Assembly: GCA_028534125.1 (NCBI GenBank)
Contig: CM052816.1
Span: 60,948,001-61,012,000 of the forward strand
Source: Lama glama
Lineage: Eukaryota
Direction: 5' to 3'
DNA length: 64,000 nt
The notes beneath the pieces are model-generated. The model was given only the letters and a program-made list of their open reading frames with translations. It had not been told where the DNA came from and searched no databases. The position numbers were made by a program, and so were the translations under genes. Positions 26,786 through 40,225 of this stretch are shown one piece after another; the first letter of the stretch is position 1, and each line of letters begins with the position of its first letter.

Positions 26786-29455
26786 GGGACAAAATAAAGA
26801 AAAAAAAGAAATGAAATTAAAGTAAAACAATAAAAAACAGAGACAGGGCGTCCATCTTCTGCGGTTCAGACTCCGATCTCATTTCCCCAATGAAGGTTTC
26901 ACTTGACGGCAGGTTTAGTGGCATGGCAAACAATGCCTAACTCAGGCAAGTGTAACAGGTCTGCCTTGGCCAGTCTAGTCATCTAATAATGCACAAATAT
27001 CACATAGAGAAAACATACAAAACCAAATTAATAGTCAAAATCCATCTACCAGAAAATGTGGACATAAACTTATGACTGATGATTAGGCTGACACCCTGTT
27101 ATGTCTGATCTTAACTTTTTCTCAGTGGTAACATTTATAAAAAGAAATCTGAGATGCACGCAACAACAAAAAGAGGTCATATCTGGACGAGTATAATAAA
27201 AATATATTTTATTTTGAAGTGGCATGTTTTATTAACAGCACCTAATGCTTAATATGCATGAAACTACTACACATCAAACATTATTTATACAGCTTAGGAT
27301 CTTCTCACAATACTACTGTCTGCATTTAAAAAAAAACAGCAAACTGAAAGAAAACGAAAAAACTTCTTAAAATTTTTTCTATGGTTTTCTCATTTCTTTC
27401 ATAATGCTGTTTCTATAACATCAAGGAAAGAATGCAATCAGTGAAGTAAACAAGATTGCTTACAGCACCACAGAACATCTCTTACAGAACTTACTCCACT
27501 GGGACTCTTTCCTTTGATTTGTTTCAAACTCATTTTGCTACCTTCTAGTACAATAATACAGTATTATTACTCAGCTTGCAGTGCATAATCAGATACTTAA
27601 CACCTCACTGCGACATTTCTCAGGTTCTATGAATTCAACTCTGTTATATTTAGTTTAATTAATAAAAAGTGTGTATCTGAATGTTTTTCTAGTACCAATT
27701 ATTTTATAGCTTAGTGTTCTAAAATACAACTAAATTGGAATAAAAATACGTTTAAATTTCCATGTTCAAAAACTGTGAAATTTTGTCTCAAAACGATAAC
27801 ATTAAAAATATTCCAAAACTATAATAAATGTGCATTTATTCATTTATATCAAATAAAACAAGCAAAAAAGGGAACCTCTATATGCCCATAATCTTGAACA
27901 TTTATGACAAACCATGGTCACTCCTCAAATGCATGAAAAATTCTATGGGAATACAGCAAGGTTCCAACAAAGCAACACTAATAAAATTCTTCCCTCCAAT
28001 TCAGTAAGTTAACATCATACAAGATTCTGTACTGCTGGTGGCATTAATTTTTTGATACAATTAATATTCCCATTTAATAAATCATCTACTTGATATTTTT
28101 TCCCATGCAGTTTATTTGATGTGAAATTGGTATGAACTTAGTATGCAGAACTAAACCACAATAGCTCTTTTCTCACCTTGTTCTCCAATTCTGGGGTCAC
28201 TGTCCCCTTACAGATCAGTAGATAAGGACAGATTTCACAAACAGTTAACTGTAATCCACTCTAACTCCCAGGAATGGGAAAAATACTTTCAAATTTATCT
28301 GAAAAAACCTAGAAAGTTCTATTCTGGGACTTCAAAAATAACACAGTAGTACTCACTGTATCTGACTGTCATGTTTTTGACATCCCAGAACAGGCATTCT
28401 GAAATAAGCATAAAACCTTAAAAGTGCAGCAAACTTTTATAATACTTAAAAAAGGTTTTAAGACATTACCTATGAAAACTCATTAAATTGTTTCAGGTAA
28501 ATTTTTTATGTTGTGGCACAGTTACCATCAGTCACCAGTGAAAATATATTTTAAAGACATTTAAACTGTAATAACCCAATTCTAGAATGTACACATGCCA
28601 CAGTCAGTGCTCTAAATACAAATTAATTACACACCAGAACAGTCAAATTCAGCACAGCCTATTACATGTGAGTGGCTCTGTAAACAAAAGTTACTAAAAA
28701 ATAAGTATTAATAATAATTAGCTTTTAAAGCAGGTTAAGTCATAAAATTTAACAAATAACTATAAGGCCTTTGGCCCTGTTCCCACCTTCAACAACTATT
28801 TCCTCGACAGAGGCTTTGGAAAATTGCTTTCCATAATTTTTCATCAATTACCACCCCCCCGCAAAAAAAGCCAACAAAATAAAAAAGTAAATTCCAGTTC
28901 CACAGTAAACAATTACACTGAATACGAAATAATGGTCTCAGTAACAATTAAAGTAAATTACCTTAAGAGGATACTTTAAAGCTTAAATAATGAATATTTT
29001 TCTCAAGCAAAAATATGACTACCTAACCCCAATTTGGCAAAATGTGTACACTGCTTTTATTTATTATCATTAATGTTATATACACAGGGGAAAATACTTA
29101 TCTATATATTTAAAATAATTTCCTCCACCAACTTAATATTTTAATGTCAGGAAGCTTTCTTTGCAACAAATTAAATATAGAAAGCCAAAGCAAGCCCAAG
29201 AAGTGAAGTAATTTATGAATTTTTAAATGTTTAGTTATAAATCTCAAACATACATAAGTAATGAATTAACCATTTTAATATATATTATTATTAGGTAAAA
29301 CTCTTTCCTTCTCCAAATTTTACTTTTACTTACACACAAATACACATACACACAAACACCAGAGTACTATCTACTCGCCAATTTCTAGGAAAGCCAATGG
29401 TAGTAACAGACAGGATAGAGATCAAAATAATTTTAAAAACATATGAGATACCAAC

Positions 29456-29589
29456 CTTCTGCACAAGGAACAACTATGAGAGCTCTGTCAATAAAAACCG
29501 TGTTAGTTAGATGCTGGGCCACGCCAACACTTGATGGGTCACGAAACTTAACATAACATACTTTGGAAGAAAAAGCAAGAGGTGCGTTG
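29456..29589 (-). CDS. SREK1: SREK1 coding exon 2 (rest of RRM1)
   Basis: NAPLAFSSKVCYVKFRDPSSVGVAQHLTNTVFIDRALIVVPCAE (in ORF 29433..29651); acceptor ttgcag|, donor G|gttggt; 134 nt, phase-compatible. Confidence 0.96.
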
Positions 29590-32500
29590 CTGCAAGATAA
29601 AAAGAAAAACAATTGAACTAATAAACATCTGGTTGGTTTTGTCATTCTCATTTAAAATTTCTTTCTTAGATCTTTATGTAATCTTACATAATCAAGGCAG
29701 GAATTTTTATTGCTAAGGATCATTAAGACATGAGACAGCAGAACTTAGTCTTTTAGTGGCAATTTGTCTACAAAGACTGAAGGCAATCTAAGCAAGCTTA
29801 CAATCTTTTTGTTAAAAACGTGAAATTTAAATTTACACATTCTTAATCTCAGTGTAAAGTGATAACAGCTGATTTAACCCAAATATGTTCAGTTAGTACA
29901 TCACCATAAACAGGCAAAAATCCCTTTTCATAAAAGCACCAATCCTCAAGACTTCAAATTTTGTAACCACCCCCAATCCTTCCTTATGTGATTCCTGGCA
30001 TGTAAATCACTAAAAATTTCACAAGAGTCTTAGAAACAATGATAACCAGAAATTAAAATCAAGGTCTTTTGCATATACTAGACTTCTTCAGGCTAGGCAG
30101 CTTGTGATTTTCCAAGAAGAAGATTTTACAAACACAAGTTTACGTATTTTATATGCAAAATAGCACAGACTCATAGATTCAGCTCAGTCTAGGCAGGTCT
30201 GTTAAAAAGAAGCCAGACAGAGCACAGATGAAATCAATTTTTCCATAATATTAATCCATCTTGTTAGACTCCAAAATACACTATTCACATGGAGGATGAT
30301 TTTGTCAACTTGCCCATAATTACGTTCAATTAAAGTCTATAACTGAATTGGCAAGTAAAAAAGGAACCAAACTAAAGATGTATCTAATGTTTAACATAAA
30401 TGTACAATCCTTTTAAACATTAAGGTTTTTCACACTAAAAAAGATCATTTGAAAGATACCAAATACGCCTTGTGCAATAGCAGTAATTTCTTTACAAAAG
30501 ACATCAAGGAAGCTGACCATAATCTTAGACCTAGTAAATGGCAAAGATGGGATTTACAGCCTAATCATCTAATTCCACATCTCATGCAACCTTAATTACT
30601 CAATTAATCAAGAATTCTAAAGCCACTTTAATATACTATTAACATACTCTTTAATTTGTAAATTCATAAATATTCATCATTTTTTAAATTTAAAAATTAC
30701 ATATAGAAACAACTCCATCTTGATAATGGCTAAATATATTTATGATACTAACCAAACACTGATAATAAAATAAATAGCATCTAAAACTAGAAACTATTTA
30801 TACTGTTATTAACATAACTTAACTAGTCAGGCTAATTAAAGTAGCAAAAACTCTACTTTCTCACCCAACCCATCAATTCACTCCTGCTGAAGGCCATCCT
30901 ATTCAGGCTTCAGGCCAGCCCTCTCCAACAATCTCTTCCTACTCAACATCTAAGCCACCTAAGTCATTTTATGTATATTTGTCATGAGGTAAATACATTT
31001 GCATATAGACTTTACCAGCCTTTACATTACCAAATCTCCAATTTAGGCATCTCCAGAGCTCTAGATACCGAGAACCAAGTGCGTTCTGGAATTCTGCTCA
31101 CCTTGGTCACAGGGCCCAATTCTGAACTTTTTCTTAAATTCATCATCCTCCTTCCTCACCAATCCTGTCCTTTGTCCTGTATTTCCTATCTCAGTTAAAG
31201 ATACTACCACATTATCCAAGTCAGAAATCTGGGAGTCACTAATTTGACCATCAATAGTACTATTCACCAAATAGTCACAAATCACCTTCTGGCTACATGG
31301 TAAAATTCCAGTTCGTTCCTCAAAGTTAGGTGTGGCCTTGCAATCTGCTTTAGCCAATTAAACATGAGCAGAACTGACACGTGTTAGTAGCTTTAAGGGC
31401 AGTTGCTCGGTTCTCTTCCTCTGCCATGGTGACCAGCAACATTCAAGAAATGAGTGGCTGATACATCTGCTTCAAGTGACCACGACAAGCAGACTTCTCC
31501 ACTCCCCCAGTTTAGTATAAGAAATAACCTGCTTTTATCAAACTACTGACATTTGTGGGTTATTTCCATCTTTCACTTTCCCCCCTTCTTCGTCATACAA
31601 TTGGTCTTTAAATCCTATGAAGACTACCTCCCAAATATTTGTCACATTAATTCTTTCATCACTCATCATCAATGCCTTCACTCAGGCCCTCAATCATTTC
31701 TCGCTTGGATTACTACAACGGCTCCTAACCAATCACACTGCCTGCAATCTCAACTGCTTATTAAGTCTTTCACAAAAGTTGCCGGAGTAATCTTTTTAAA
31801 CCTTAAATTTTGTTATGTCACGCCACTGCTTAAACTTCCTCAGAGATACCCTTCTGTTCTTGCTTTATCATCTAAATGCACCCAAAAATCCAGGCATGTA
31901 AGACTTGTGGTTCCCTTGACACATTCTGAACATCTGGGCCATCTCTCTACATGTTTCATTTGTCTATGATGTCCTCTCTCACTCCCTTTTTGAATGGTAT
32001 TTCCACTTTTCTTCAAGGCTCAAGTTACCAAGTCTCCTTGGAAAGTCATTTTTAAAAAATTAAAGTGATTAGGTACCCCCACTGTATGTCCTATCAAGAC
32101 ATCCTACATACTTTCAGCACAGGCCTTATCAGTTTCCTAAAGTGACACCCTCAACAAATCTTGCAAGCTTCTAGACACATGACTAGCCACATGACCCAAG
32201 GGCCCATTTCACTGGCTAACCAGAAAGCTGTGATTTGGGTGGCTTGACCAAATGAACCTGAACAATCAGATTTTCTCTCTTGGACTGGAAAGTCACTTAG
32301 AGTAACAGCTTGGGCCAGATGCCAGATGGGTGAGTACAGAATAGGTCTGCAAAGAAATTGAGCAGATATGCAGAAACAAACTGAGCCGACAATAAAGCCT
32401 CTGATAGGAAGAGGCAGACAGTCGCCTAGGATGCAGACAGTTCTCTAGTTCCCAGTCCCAGTTCCCATAGGGCCTGGCTGTACTATACTTTTTATTCTTC

Positions 32501-35500
32501 TACTTATGGATATCTCCACCTTTTTAATAATGTCTCTTCTTGAGGTAGACTGAGTTACACTGTTTCTGCCCTCTGCAACCAAAAAAAAAAAAATCTATGA
32601 TTACAATGAGCTACTAAAGCCACAGCAATGGCAACAAGTATACTCTTTTAGCACTGACAAGCCACCATGGAAACTACATTTCCTAAACTGACATATCTTT
32701 TTGAGAAAGGATGGAAACCTAAGCAATCACTGTTAAAAACTACAAATATTTCCAAATAACCCTGCTTGAAACCCACATCATTTCAAACTTAAAATATCCA
32801 CAGGAATAGGAATGTGAGCCTGGCTAGTAAAGCAATTGCATGTTAAGACGTGCCACTGAGATTTGAGAAGCCCAGGAAGTGCTCAAAAAATGCCAGTCTG
32901 CTCTGTACAGCAATATCACCATAAGAAAATGGATACTAGACGTGGCTCCACCAGTGCTATAAGCAATTTTCTTCACCTTCATCTCCAATTGCCTTCTTTA
33001 AAATAGAGAGTAAAGATCACCATAGTATTTACTTTATAAAAGTGTAAACATATTAGCTTTTCAGGAGAGGTAGTAACACTATTTTATTCTGAATGTTATA
33101 GGCTAAAATGATACAGCAGCAAGTTTAAATACAAGTATCTCAGAGAACAATTGTGTATTTTTATATTTGTAAATCAGTATGTTTCCAAACCTTACATTTA
33201 GATCTTTCTCTCTGGTATACCTAAGCTATTAAACAGATTTACTTTTTAAAAAATTAAACAAGATTATAACTTGAAAATGTAATTTTTGACCTATACTTTT
33301 AATTTTTGAAAGGGGTTACATACTCCATTTGGTCCAAATGTATGCTTCTAAAAGAAAGTAACAGTACCCAAATATAGCAGATTTTACTTTCACCTCATTT
33401 GTTGAATCAAGTTTTGTTTTGGTTTGGTTTTTTAAATATAAAACTTTCTACAATCATTTTTCAGAAAAATCAGAACTTTTTACTGGGAGTTCAATGCAAA
33501 ATCATAGAACCAACTTTTTGAGCATCAGTTAAATTTCTTGGACCCTAACTTGTTGTCATCTTGCTTTTCATTGAACATGGTGATGGCACTGTACAATCTT
33601 TTTAAAAAAAAAATGTGATAATAGTATGTCCAATACTTTATTATATTAATATACAGCCTTCGAGGAGCTAGCAAAAAGAACACAATCCAAAACATGAAGT
33701 ACATAGTTTTATGTATGAAAATAATAAATGACATAATTTAAACAGAGTTTCTCAGCAGGGCTCCAGGGATACTTTGGATGGCATAATTCCCCTTAGTGTA
33801 AGATTTCCTTATGAATCCCTGACACCTACTAAATGCCAGCAATCCTCCCCCCCTCAAAAAAGGGAACCAATACATCCAATGATAGAATTTCAAAAACACA
33901 CACATTTGAAACATTAGTCTTTAAATATTATTACGATAAAATACAGCAAAGAAAAACGCTTCTACAGGATGAGTGAAAAAGTTTACACCAACAATGCATA
34001 AATCCTCTGATTACACTATATTAAATGTATATAAAAAAGAATGGAACAAAATGGAGAGAGGTTTTGATAGGGTGGAAGGATAAAGGGGCAGGGTTTCCTT
34101 TTCTCTATTTCCCATAAAATGATTATACTGATTATATTAACTTTTTTAAGTAAATAAATTTAACTAAAAATATTTAACTAGAAAAACTAGTTGAGAGATT
34201 TTACATTATGAATACTTTTGAAAGACCAGAGAAGTGAAGAAAACCAGCAAGAAAAAAAAAACACAGGTGTTGATGTTAGAAACGGTGTTAGAAATCAGGC
34301 TAGGATTACCCCTTGGGGATAAGACACTGGAAGTGGGGCAAAGGAGAGTTCCTATGGCACAGAGAGTCCTCTCTGGGTGCTGGTTCCACACGTGTGTTCA
34401 CTTTGTGAACTCATCAAGCTATATATACCTAACCTATACACTTTTCTACATGCACATATACAGGAAAAAAAACAAAAATTTCTTACCACTGTAAAAAGGT
34501 TTTCATGATGTATTAGAATCTTTTATTGCACAAAAAATTAAAAGAGAAATTCTGGATATTTATCATCTGGCAGCACAAATAATTTTTAATGTTTATGATG
34601 AATGTTTACACTAATGCCTAATGTTTAAAAAGAAACAGAATAATGCTTCATGCCAAACGAATTAAATTTAAAATCTGAATTTTCATATTAACAACTAAAT
34701 TCTTAAAACGTTAATGAGAAATTTTCATATTCTGTTATATTTCCAAATTCATAACAAATTTCCACTCAGCTTCCAAAGGTAAATCGTAAAATACTGTTTC
34801 TGCAACACTGCAAAAATAATCACATCTTCAATACAACTTCTATTGCATTTTTATCCATTTCAGTCCAAATTTGGACACACATCTTTAATACAAGGACCAG
34901 ATTAATGACAACCTCATTACAGAGCAGAAAACATGCTTGTTAGTAAAGCATGTCAATATTTTTGAAAAAACAGGAATAGGGATTGAACTTGTGGAAAAAG
35001 GATTTTGCCTGGCCTACATGTTATATTTATGTTACAATTTTGCAAAATGCATTAGTTTGTGACACACTGACTCTATACTAATGCACTGTTTAAGTGCAGA
35101 GCTTTTTATTCTCTTTGACTTTTAAACTCCAAACAATTAACACTTGATTTCAAAAAATAGTCCACTACTAAGTGTTAGACAATAACTGGCAGCATATTGC
35201 CACCCTAGCAGACGTTTCAACTGTGTACGTGGTCTCATCTAGGCAATGAAGAATATTCTGTGATTTATTTCTTCTACCCATGAGACACTACCACAACCTT
35301 GAAAGCAAGGTTAGTTTACAGAGATTGACGTACAAAGTATTTTATTACTTAATTCCATCTTTCAGAATATAGCACTCCTCCAAACACATCAATTATTAAG
35401 AAATGTTCTGAGTGCTTGAAGTGATAACTGAAAGCATTTTCAAAAGTTAAGTAAGCTATTCAATACTATATATGCCACAGCTAGTCAATAAAGATGTGCA

Positions 35501-36689
35501 TGAACTTAAGCTTTCTTGACAAAAATGTACTAACTGATCTATTCAGGTAGAAAGAATCTATATAAACCTAGATGACTCATTCTACAAAATAAATTACAAG
35601 ACAAAAATATCATTGTCACGAAAGACTTTTTTAAAGGAGGGGCTGTTCTAGATTAAAGGAGATATCCAAATGCATTGAGTGGTCTCTGATTATATCCTAG
35701 ATTAAAAAAGGGGAAAAAGCGCTATCAAAATAATTGGAGAAATTTAGATGTTATATATTATTTCATCAATGTTAAACTTGTCCGATGTGTTAATAGTATT
35801 GCGGTAATGCAGAAATAATGTACTTCTTAAGACACACATACTTAAGTGTTGAAGGGTGAATAGTCATGGTGTCCGCAACTACTTTTAAAAGGATGGAAAA
35901 GGGAAGGGGTGTGCGTGTGGGTGGGTGGTAGGGTGCAGAGCTGGAGACAAGGAGAGGGGGAGACACAAAGAAATTAACTCTGGCAAACTGTGAATGCAGG
36001 TGAAGGGAACATGGGTGTTATTCTTTCAACTTTTCGGTATGCATGAAATATTTCAAAACAAAAATTAGAAGAAAAACTTAAATAAAATTTAAAAATCCAA
36101 ACATCAACTTTTATCAGTATCTATGCTGTAGCAGCAATGCGATAAACTTACAGAGAGAAAACTGAAGAGAAACAGGTCTACATGCAACACTACGAAATAA
36201 ACCAAAAAGTCAAATACAAATTTTTTAAAGAAAAATGCTTGGCAACTACTACCCCTTCCTTCAAAGGATTTTGACACAATGAAGAAAATACCGAGGATTT
36301 CCAGATTCTAAGCTCTAGCTTTAAAAAGCTTAAGCGTGTAAGAAAGTAAACAACCCCCAAAGCCCTTACAAATTTTGTGAAAAGATAGTATTGTACAAGG
36401 AAAAATCCTACTTCAAATACACTACTTGGGAAGCGTCCGAGGACTGTGAATGCCAGTCCAGATTCGGACTTTCAGAAGTATACAGCAGGAGTGATCCTGC
36501 ACCGACCATTACTTTTTCTGAAAGGTTTAGGACAGTGTGACCTTCCATGAGGAAATTTTAATCTGGTGCCAAAAGGGCGAACAGACATGATCTTTAACAA
36601 CATGGATGAGCTCGGTTAGATCAACCAAGATGCTAAGTTTGTGAACACGGCCCTGAGGAACAACCTTAGCCCTGATCCCATCCTGTCAT

Positions 36690-37760
36690 GAGTCCCGGGC
36701 CTCCTCGTCCGCGATAACGGCCTGGCACCGAGGCCCCAAGAACTGGACAGTTTCTCAGGCGCAATCTCCGCGGTTTTCACGTCGCAGAAACGCTATCAGG
36801 CGTTTGCCATGAGGACTATTCCGGGCCCACCTGCGGCCATCTTAAGTTCGGGAAAAAAAGGGAGGGGGAGCGAAGAGGAGGGGGAAAGAATTCGAGAACC
36901 CGGCGGCGACCATTAGTCCGGGAGGCACGAAAAAGGCAACCTCTCTAAGGCCTTAGTAAGGAGTCTCTGCAGAGATTAACCCCGCAAAGTCCGACTAACT
37001 AGGAAAGCAGGAGCGCGGTGCGGGGCCGCGGTGCCCTAATCAAACATGGGCACCAAGGTAAAGCCGGCGATCACGTGACGCACACCGCGCGCCCCCGTCC
37101 GCCCTCCCCCACGCCTGGGTTCCCGAGATCTCCCCGGAGCCCGCGCCCCTCCCCCAGCCGTGCCCGAGCACTTACTCCGGGGGGTAGAGCCGCAGCTCCT
37201 CGATTTCTCCTAGGAAGGAAAAAAGCGTCCGCATCTGCTCGCTGGTCACTGCCGACGACAGATTCGTCACCTGAATCACCGCCGTAGGGGTAAGGCCGAA
37301 GCCTAAGCCCAAACCGAAGCCCCCGCCGCTGTTCATCCCGAACCCGCTGCCGCTGCCACCCGCTCCCCAACGTCTACGACGCGTCAGCGACGGAGCCAGG
37401 AAAGCGGAGACCGCGCGGCCGCGAGCGCGCTCCCGCTGGCGAATTCACGGCGGCGGGCAGGTCTAGCCGCTCGTTTCACAACTCCCCTGCTCCCAAGGCT
37501 GCGCGCGCCAGCCGGAAGCGTCGCCCCGGCAACCCGCCGGGTCTCGCGAGGCTGCGGCCTGGTGCTCCCAGGTACCTGCAGCTGTGCTTCTTGCTCTTCT
37601 TTTCCCCGCCAAGATTTTTACCGAATTTTTTCCCCGGTACAACTCGATCAGATTCTTGTGCTCCTGTAAACGAGGAAGACCCTGCTCTTTCCAGTCTTTG
37701 CTCTAGGTGGGAGTGGGGAACCAAGAGGCCTGGCCTGCCGGTGCGGAGCTGTGAAGGAGG
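36690..37760. promoter_or_regulatory. CpG island / SREK1 promoter and exon 1 region
   Basis: Dense CpG and high GC around exon 1; CCGGAAG (ETS) 37512-37518, TCTCGCGAG (BANP/ZBTB33-type) 37542-37550, E-box TCACGTGAC 37071-37079, YY1-type GCCATCTT 36836-36843. Confidence 0.9.
37176..37336 (-). CDS. SREK1: SREK1 coding exon 1 (start codon, N-terminal part of RRM1)
   Basis: Manual translation MNSGGGFGLGLGFGLTPTAVIQVTNLSSAVTSEQMRTLFSFLGEIEELRLYPP(D) matches the recalled long SREK1 isoform N-terminus; donor GA|gtaagt; 161 nt. Confidence 0.96.
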
Positions 37761-38121
37761 AATGACTCGAGCCATCACAGAAAAATGACTTGACCAGGCT
37801 ATAACATGTCTTTATTACATACAGGCAACTCCCCGACCCCAACTATTTAGAAAATTGGCCGGCGTCCTAATTGTGAAAAAACTTGAGAACTTTTACAAAA
37901 CATGCAAATTCAGACTGAATTAAAGAGGGAGGCAGTAAGTTGAAGGCTATGCAGCCGTTGTTTTTAACTTGTCATTTGCTTGCTCATTCCGCAGGTGTTA
38001 ATATTTATTGAGTGTTATGTACCAGACACTCTTAGACAAGGGCACATACAAGACAGTTACAGACTGTTCACATAGGCATTGCAAGCTAATGAGAGACAAG
38101 TAATAGCGTGTGAAACTAGGG

Positions 38122-39425
38122 CAGCTGTTCCCAAAATGCCATTCGCAGAACCCGGAGGGTCCTCGATACCTTTTCAGTGGGTTCTCAAGGTCACAACACT
38201 TAATAGTATTACTAAGGTTCTGTTGACCTTCTTCACTTTGCTGACATTTGCACTGATGGTATAAAAACATTAGTCACTGCTGGCACCTTAAGCAAGAATC
38301 AAGGCGGTGGCGCCAAATAGTGGTATTTTGTATTCTCCACCTCCTTGTACTCATAGCACACAACATTTAAGATTTTTAAAACAAGCTAGTTTAACTTAAG
38401 AATGTCTTTGACAAAGGAATAAAAATTAATTTTATTAAATCTTCACCCTAGCACACACCTCTTTTAATATGTGTAAAGAAATGGTGAGTACTCCTGCTGC
38501 ATGCCCAAGTAGGATGGACATCTCCTGAAAAAGCACTTACGTGACTGAGTTTTCATGCAAAAGTCCAAATTTTATAAAATATATCCACCTCCTTGAGCTT
38601 GACAACTTTCCAGTATTTAGACTTTTCTGCTAAAAATACCAGTGATATTAACAAATGTATTTTTTAACATTATATAATAAAATAAGTGAACATTTGGAAG
38701 ATCTCTACACCTCAATGAACAACTGTTTTCAAAATAAGCAATGCATGCCATTACAAAATCAAAAAGTCATCCAAATATAAGATAGATTATATTTTAATGG
38801 ATTTTAATGTAGCAGAATACAAAAAGTTAATTCATATGGTTTCCGGTTCAGTCCACATTGCAACTGCACTCTAAGAAACTATCAGATGTCAAATTTGGTG
38901 TAGTATCAAACAAGAATATCTAGAATTATCTAGAAAGACTATGAAAGTAGTTTCCTTTTTTCCAATTCCTTATCTGTGTGAGACCAGATTTTCTTCATAT
39001 GTTTCAACCAAAACATATCACAACAGACTGAAAGCACAAATAGCTATGGAAATTCAGCTGTCTTCTATTAAGCCAGACATCAAAGAGTTTTGAAAAATGT
39101 AAAGCAATGCCACTCTTCTCAAAATTCTTCTTTGGAAAAGATCACTTTATCATAAAAATGCATCATTTATCACCCCCAGTCATCAGGAGGGGGCTAAGAA
39201 ATGCATCATTTATATAATTACATAATGGGTTTATAATTATTTTAAATGGGTTTCAAATATTAAATTTCAAAGATTTAATTTCTAATATAATAAATATGGC
39301 TAGATATCCCATAAATCTCTTAGGGTCCTCAGTAATTTTTTTTTTTTGGTGCCCAGTATTGAAAGTGTCCTCAATAATTTTTTAAAGGTCTAAGGGGATT
39401 CTAAGACCAAATATTTTAGAGGAAT
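38122..39425 (+). mobile_element. Charlie1a-like hAT DNA transposon
   Basis: GACATTTGCACTGATGGT, CTGCTGGCACCTTA...AATCAAGGCGGTGGC, CAGCTGTCTTCTATTAAGCCAGACAT, terminal GTCCTCAATAATTTTT...AGACCAAA. Confidence 0.75.
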
Positions 39426-40061
39426 AAGCACCGGGAGAATTGGGAGCTTACAGGAGGGCCACTTAAACTTAGTGCCAATGGAACACTTCCCAGAAGAGAT
39501 GTTGCTTGCCCTGAATCTTGAACAAATAGGAATTAGCCAGGCAGGGAGGGAGGGAGGAACAGTGAAGGGCATTCCAGACTGAGTATGAAGAATACACAAA
39601 GGCAGGGACGTATGAGGGCCAAAGTGTGGTCCAGAATATTCAACATTTATTACTGATAGACCAAAGGCTGAAAATGATTAGAGAGACACAAGAAAGAATA
39701 ATCCTTGATGGAAGGAGCTATTTGTCCTGCTAAGAGGTTACTTTAACACAAGCTGTTGGGAGCCACTGAAGACATTTGAGCAGGAGAGGGATTATGTCAG
39801 ATTCCTAGAATGATCATTATCACTGCCACGGGGAGATAGAGGCAAAGGGACTGGATCAAAGGGTAAGTAGTGGTAGTAATGGAAAGCAAGAAACAGTCCC
39901 AAATTTGGAGTCATGGAACCTGTTTAAGAATAAAAGGAATAAAAGCTATCCACTCAGAAAAATATATATGAACATACACTTGGTTTTAGATATAATGACA
40001 GGTGCTTTCTGGTCCTCCTCAAGCTAAACCACCAATCCCTAGGATTACCTACTACTCAGAA

Positions 40062-40225
40062 CATTGGTCCTCAGACTTTCATGTGCATCAAAATCACCTA
40101 GAGGGAATGTTAAAACGAGTGCTGGCTCCATCCCCAGGGCTTCTGATTCAGTAGATCTGGAGGGGAAGCCTGAAAATATAAATTTCTAACAAGTTCCGAG
40201 GTGATGCTGCTGCTGGTGACCCAAA
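40062..40225. mobile_element. MER5A
   Basis: GCATCAAAATCACCTAGAGGG...TCTGATTCAGTAG...TTTCTAACAAG. Confidence 0.7.

Noticed and set aside
37018..37842. ORFs in the CpG island
   Set aside because: Stop-poor GC-rich sequence; the true exon 1 frame starts at 37336 and is not among them
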